From IMG/VR virus record IMGVR_UViG_3300028883_000027, positions 1 through 30,736 of that record: DNA of 30,736 nt; one strand, written 5' to 3'. The notes beneath the pieces are model-generated. The model made no database searches, had not been told where the DNA came from, and worked only from the letters and a program-made list of their open reading frames with translations. A program made the translations under genes and the position numbers. The DNA is from a virus (taxonomy: Duplodnaviria > Caudoviricetes). This document shows, piece by piece, positions 26,901 through 30,736 of the stretch (the stretch's first letter is position 1; each line of letters begins with the position of its first letter).

Positions 26901-28308
26901 TTCTCAAGGAATACAAGGTATTCAAGGTATCACAGGTATGGTAGGACCTAATGGAGCTCAAGGTATTCAAGGTATTACAGGTATTCAAGGTTTAACAGGT
27001 ATTCAAGGTTTAACAGGAGCTGGTTCTCAAGGTATTCAAGGTATTCAAGGTATTACAGGTATTCAAGGAATAACAGGTTCTCAAGGAACTACAGGTGCTA
27101 CAGGTACAAGTATAACATTGGATGCAGGCGTACCTGATGGAGGTGATGGTGAAATTGGAGACCTTTATATAAACGAATCTAATTGGGACTTATTTGAAAA
27201 AACAGGCCCTACTACTTGGGAAAATCAAGGTAATATTCAAGGTACACAAGGTATTGTCGGTTCTCAAGGAATTACAGGTTCTCAAGGAACAGATGGTGAT
27301 ACTGGTGCTCAAGGAGCTCAAGGAACTCAAGGTATTCAAGGTATTCAAGGTTTAACAGGTATTCAAGGTTTAACAGGAGCTGGTTCTCAAGGTATTCAAG
27401 GTATTCAAGGTATTACAGGTATTCAAGGAATAACAGGTACTCAAGGAACTATAGGTACTACAGGTTCAAGTATTCATCAAGGTGAAGGAACTCCTGATGG
27501 TGAATTAGGAGAAATTGGAGATTTATATATTAATATAAGTAATGATGATTTATTTGAGAAAACAGGTCCTACTACTTGGGAACTTCAAGCAAATATTGGT
27601 GGTGCACAAGGAACTATCGGTTCACAAGGAATTCAAGGAATTCAAGGTTTAACAGGCCTAACAGGACCTAATGGAGCTCAAGGTGCTCAAGGTATACAAG
27701 GAAGACAAGGTACACAAGGTGCTCAAGGTGCTCAAGGTACACAAGGAAGACAAGGTACACAAGGAAGACAAGGTATTCAAGGAAGACAAGGTATTCAAGG
27801 AAGACAAGGTACACAAGGTACACAAGGAACTCAAGGAAGACAAGGAACACAAGGTGCTCAAGGTTCTCAAGGTACACAAGGTTTATTATCAATATTAGTA
27901 GATTCATCTATTACACTTCCAAATACTAATGCAGAAGGAATATTTAGTTATTTCATAGCTGGAGAAAGTATAGGTATAGGAGATACAGTTTATATGAAAT
28001 CTGATGGTAAAGTTTATATGGCAGATGCAGATAATTCAACATATATGCCTGTAATAGCAATTAATGCAAGTTCAGGTACTTTAAGTGCTGATATAGAATA
28101 TTCATTTTTAATTTATGGTATTCATAAAAATTCTGCAGTATATAATTTTAATGAAATCGGATATCCTGTTTATGCAAGTAATGTTGCAGGTGAAATTCAA
28201 TCAGCAGAACCTTCTACTGATGGAACTTGTGTACAAGTATTAGGAACTGCAACAGGTACAAATAGTTTAATATTTAATCCTTCACCAGATTTTGTAATAA
28301 TAGGATAA
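23986..28308 (+). CDS. Tail tip/baseplate protein fused to a repeat- and collagen-containing fibre
   Basis: Follows the tape measure; ~600-aa N-terminal tail domain, three 49-aa repeats, collagen segments alternating with four GDLYIN..DLFEKTGP.TWE knobs, and a C-terminal globular domain. Confidence 0.85.
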   Translation: MAYGVKYDAYFDDTKAARTYKIQLLKEDYSGGVTTITKKNPYPVIISSSGTKGKYNPVIGSSLTFSFLENADVGDDYSDIFDSNYKDYKLRFYNNDTSELIWEGYVKPENLTREYIHKKRFINLEAIDGLADLKDIEFGITDNRYTILEIIKTALNETGIELPIKVQLGTYEMDYMLSTECALKESYVDSRRLYEIKDGYKTFDNCYKVIEKLLRPFKCVLKQNEGEYCITNYNEGDSYRFTYNWSDLSLSSSGASNITIDVSNYNVKWSSNYSKIRPLRKHKITLHNKETGDELVNNLNDWEGVGSPWTLNFPSSNESPEGTINLFNDNASLDCSIAIIDPFGATYQNGNEYMRCSFDLRCDEIPGDPPAEPDTALFFNIWIKPADGNWGVATDHYYYPRTTTNTWVSFESLLTSGWKITSTQDYELYIEFLAPEVFSNMNIYMRNFHLTKICVVDGEETTDVVYDKLYIGDISINQDTLEEELYFGDGGAINELSSITIGGIDDLSSVWMLDNGDASGLLQELYSRITLNNSQYFRDYVQLEIYDNDLNIEPNSIIKLETGKVFKIIDYDRNYRLGFVKLSLEELVSTNTTYFYFCEYQLSSIDGHSTVISNNVVPASAGDHGQLTGLSDDDHSAIYYNRTYIDNLELGIDTSLNAAFYGLNWGYQNASSGGSFTSITPGENFGIKQGFDTSIGFSGNFIVIDVSVDTIMNWGYENIGGGGSVTKVAPNENFGIKQGVDTSIGFDGNFVIIDVSVDTVMNWGYENYEGGGSVTKIAPNENFGVKEGKDISLGFDGNFVVIDISGGGIQGIQGTTGDTGPQGTSITLDAGVPSEGYGEIGDLYINESNWDLFEKTGPVTWENQGNIQGTQGILGSQGTQGIQGITGMVGPNGAQGTQGLTGIQGIQGIQGPQGTTGAIGSSITLGEGVPGEEDGEIGDLYINESNWDLFEKTGPVTWENQGNIQGTQGIIGSQGIQGIQGITGMVGPNGAQGIQGITGIQGLTGIQGLTGAGSQGIQGIQGITGIQGITGSQGTTGATGTSITLDAGVPDGGDGEIGDLYINESNWDLFEKTGPTTWENQGNIQGTQGIVGSQGITGSQGTDGDTGAQGAQGTQGIQGIQGLTGIQGLTGAGSQGIQGIQGITGIQGITGTQGTIGTTGSSIHQGEGTPDGELGEIGDLYINISNDDLFEKTGPTTWELQANIGGAQGTIGSQGIQGIQGLTGLTGPNGAQGAQGIQGRQGTQGAQGAQGTQGRQGTQGRQGIQGRQGIQGRQGTQGTQGTQGRQGTQGAQGSQGTQGLLSILVDSSITLPNTNAEGIFSYFIAGESIGIGDTVYMKSDGKVYMADADNSTYMPVIAINASSGTLSADIEYSFLIYGIHKNSAVYNFNEIGYPVYASNVAGEIQSAEPSTDGTCVQVLGTATGTNSLIFNPSPDFVIIG
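25975..26400 (+). repeat. Three tandem 147-bp (49-aa) repeats
   Basis: AATTGGGGATAT starts at 25975, 26122 and 26269 (NWGY...GGS.T..AP.ENFG.K.G.D.S.GF.GNF). Confidence 0.9.
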
Positions 28309-28324
28309 AAATAAATAATTATAA

Positions 28325-28855
28325 ATGGGAACATTACAATCCTTTAATCATATACCTCTTGAAAAGATAGTTACATTTAATCATATATTAAAAGGTAATG
28401 CTGTATCTTTTAATCATATTCCTATTATAACAACTTCTCCTTCAGATATTGATATAGAATTTGAAGGAACTACAGATTATGGCGAAGGTTCTAATCCTGA
28501 TGATGGATTTAGAAATGTAATAATTACTGGAAGACAAGAAGGTGATGTAATTGACCTTAATTTTCAAGCTTCTTGTGTAATTACCGGAAATTGTACTGCA
28601 ACAGTATATTATAGAAAAAATGGTGGAGCTTGGCAACAGGTTGCTCAATTTACAAGTACAAATACTGGAACTAATGAGCAGGTACCTAATATAGATTATA
28701 ATGATACTGTAGATATTAGATGTGAATCTGAAATATCGGGATTGGGTGATTCTGTAACAACTACAGCATTATTAATAAATGGAACATTTGATAGTGGAAG
28801 TGGAAGTATTACTGTTAATAGTCCTAATACTTTTAGTACTACTAATTCATTATAA
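28325..28855 (+). CDS. Putative fibre-tip/adhesin protein
   Basis: Three FNHI repeats at 11-aa spacing in the N terminus, then a Thr/Gly/Asn-rich beta domain. Confidence 0.6.
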   Translation: MGTLQSFNHIPLEKIVTFNHILKGNAVSFNHIPIITTSPSDIDIEFEGTTDYGEGSNPDDGFRNVIITGRQEGDVIDLNFQASCVITGNCTATVYYRKNGGAWQQVAQFTSTNTGTNEQVPNIDYNDTVDIRCESEISGLGDSVTTTALLINGTFDSGSGSITVNSPNTFSTTNSL

Positions 28856-28887
28856 TAATGAATATATAAATAAAATAAAGAATAAAT

Positions 28888-30736
28888 ATGAGTACAGAAT
28901 TAACAGGTTCTATAAATAGTTCAAATTTAACAGGTTCTATTATAGTAGGAACAGGTGAAGGAACTCAAGGAACTCAAGGAATTCAAGGTATACAAGGTAT
29001 TAGTGGTTCTCAAGGTATTCAAGGAATAACAGGTTCTCAAGGAACAACAGGTTCTCAAGGAACTGATGGAGCTCAAGGTATTCAAGGTATTCAAGGAATA
29101 ACAGGTTCTCAAGGAACTGATGGAGCTCAAGGTATTCAAGGTATTCAAGGTATACAAAGTATTCAAGGTATTCAAGGAATTCAAGGAATAACAGGTTCTC
29201 AAGGAACTCAAGGTATTCAAGGTATTCAAGGAATTCAGGGTATTACAGGTTCTCAAGGAACTCAAGGAGCTCAAGGTTCTCAAGGAACACAAGGTATTCA
29301 AGGTATTCAAGGTATTCAGGGTATTCAAGGTATTCAAGGTATTCAGGGTATTACAGGTTCTCAAGGAACTCAAGGAGCTCAAGGTTCTCAAGGAACACAA
29401 GGTATTCAAGGTATTCAAGGTATAACAGGTTCTCAAGGAACTCAAGGTATACAAGGAATAACAGGTTCTCAAGGAACTCAAGGTATACAAGGAATAACAG
29501 GTTCTCAAGGAACTGATGGAGCTCAAGGCATACAAGGTATTCAAGGTATTACAGGTTCTCAAGGAACTCAAGGTATACAAGGAACAACAGGTTCTCAAGG
29601 AACTGATGGAGCTCAAGGTATACAGGGTATTCAAGGTATTACAGGTTCTCAAGGAACTCAAGGTATACAAGGAATAACAGGTTCTCAAGGAACTCAAGGT
29701 ATACAAGGAATAACAGGTTCTCAAGGAACTCAAGGTATACAAGGAATAACAGGTTCTCAAGGAACAACAGGTTCTCAAGGAACTGATGGAGCTCAAGGCA
29801 TACAAGGTATTCAAGGTATTCAAGGAATAACAGGTTCTCAAGGAATAACAGGTTCTCAAGGAACAACAGGTTCTCAAGGAACTGATGGAGCTCAAGGTAT
29901 TCAAGGTATTCAGGGTATTACAGGTTCTCAAGGAATACAAGGAATTGAAGGTTCTGGGACTCAAGGTACACAAGGAATTCAGGGTATTACAGGTTCGCAA
30001 GGAACTGATGGAACACAAGGAATTCAAGGAATAATAGGTTCTCAAGGAACTGATGGAGCACAAGGAATTCAGGGTATTACAGGTTCTCAAGGAATACAAG
30101 GAATTGAAGGTTCAGGAACACAAGGAATTCAGGGTATTACAGGTTCTCAAGGAATACAAGGAATTGAAGGTTCAGGAACACAAGGAATTCAGGGTATTAC
30201 AGGTTCTCAAGGAATACAAGGAATTGAAGGTTCAGGAACACAAGGAATTCAGGGTATTACAGGTTCTCAAGGAACTGATGGAATACAAGGAATTCAAGGA
30301 ATAACTGGTGATGGTACTCAAGGTACTATTGGTTCTCAAGGAATTCAGGGTATTACAGGTTCTCAAGGAATACAAGGAATTGAAGGTTCAGGAACACAAG
30401 GAATTCAGGGTGTTACAGGTTCTCAAGGAATACAAGGAATAACCGGTGCTGGTACTCAAGGTATACAAGGTATACAAGGTATTCAAGGAATAACAGGTTC
30501 TCAAGGAACAACAGGTTCTCAAGGAACAACAGGTTCTCAAGGAACAACAGGTTCTCAAGGAACTGATGGAGCTCAAGGAACTCAAGGTATTCAAGGTATT
30601 CAAGGTATTACAGGTTCTCAAGGAACAACAGGTTCTCAAGGAACAACAGGTTCTCAAGGAACTGATGGAGCTCAAGGAACTCAAGGTATTCAAGGTATTC
30701 AAGGTATTACAGGTTCTCAAGGAACAACAGGTTCTC
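28888..30736 (+). CDS. 5' part of giant collagen-like fibre protein (about 956 aa if joined through the 219-bp overlap)
   Basis: ATG at 28888, 28 nt after GAATATATA; reads MSTELTGSINSSNLTGSIIVGTGEGTQGTQGIQG... with no stop before the window end. Confidence 0.92.
   Translation, partial: MSTELTGSINSSNLTGSIIVGTGEGTQGTQGIQGIQGISGSQGIQGITGSQGTTGSQGTDGAQGIQGIQGITGSQGTDGAQGIQGIQGIQSIQGIQGIQGITGSQGTQGIQGIQGIQGITGSQGTQGAQGSQGTQGIQGIQGIQGIQGIQGIQGITGSQGTQGAQGSQGTQGIQGIQGITGSQGTQGIQGITGSQGTQGIQGITGSQGTDGAQGIQGIQGITGSQGTQGIQGTTGSQGTDGAQGIQGIQGITGSQGTQGIQGITGSQGTQGIQGITGSQGTQGIQGITGSQGTTGSQGTDGAQGIQGIQGIQGITGSQGITGSQGTTGSQGTDGAQGIQGIQGITGSQGIQGIEGSGTQGTQGIQGITGSQGTDGTQGIQGIIGSQGTDGAQGIQGITGSQGIQGIEGSGTQGIQGITGSQGIQGIEGSGTQGIQGITGSQGIQGIEGSGTQGIQGITGSQGTDGIQGIQGITGDGTQGTIGSQGIQGITGSQGIQGIEGSGTQGIQGVTGSQGIQGITGAGTQGIQGIQGIQGITGSQGTTGSQGTTGSQGTTGSQGTDGAQGTQGIQGIQGITGSQGTTGSQGTTGSQGTDGAQGTQGIQGIQGITGSQGTTGS

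Noticed and set aside
7379-28868. GAATATATA as an archaeal TATA box with leaderless mRNAs (archaeal host)
   Set aside because: The TATATA core sits about 20-25 nt from most ATGs, a little too close, and spacing ranges from 22 to 39 nt; the lipoprotein signal and start contexts fit Bacteroidota better. Not formally excluded.
27658-30720. Long minus-strand or off-frame ORFs (28927..30099, 30388..30720, 27658..27907, 30053..30304)
   Set aside because: Stop-free only because they mirror repetitive collagen codons; low-complexity translations.
28957-30736. Repeat array resembling CRISPR or satellite DNA
   Set aside because: No unique spacers and no cas genes; units are in-frame Gly-X-Y codons.
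1-30736. Stop-codon reassignment, diversity-generating retroelement, tRNA genes
   Set aside because: Core genes are intact in the standard code with TAA, TAG and TGA all used as stops; no reverse transcriptase motif, TR/VR pair or tRNA cloverleaf was seen.

Overview
The window looks like a complete, circularly permuted, very AT-rich temperate siphophage genome of about 30.5 kb. Bases 1-219 are identical to 30518-30736, and one giant collagen-like gene runs across the junction. The host is probably Bacteroidota, judged from the absence of Shine-Dalgarno motifs, A-rich leaders and an FTSC-EKE lipoprotein signal. It carries an HK97-type head module (TerS, TerL, portal, protease, capsid), a Lambda/TP901-like tail module with a -1 frameshifted chaperone, a short tape measure, two collagen-containing fibre genes and a large serine integrase. 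The accessory region holds a PD-(D/E)XK nuclease, a SAM methyltransferase, a GT2 glycosyltransferase, an HNH nuclease, a lipoprotein and a miniature thymidylate-synthase-like protein. Most unusual points: (1) a stand-alone minimal family-A/T7-like polymerase domain lacking the steric-gate Glu, preceded by two hairpins built from four copies of one 15-bp motif and bracketed by 44-bp direct repeats; (2) a genome-wide GAATATATA promoter-like motif, in three places paired with an AAGTGGCA box at exactly 27 nt, with no recognisable sigma factor or repressor; (3) a candidate small RNA antisense to the AGAACTATG start shared by five genes; (4) a proline-free collagen fibre of about 280 triplets. No endolysin, helicase or HTH repressor was recognised. 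All family calls come from motif recognition by eye, with no database searches.
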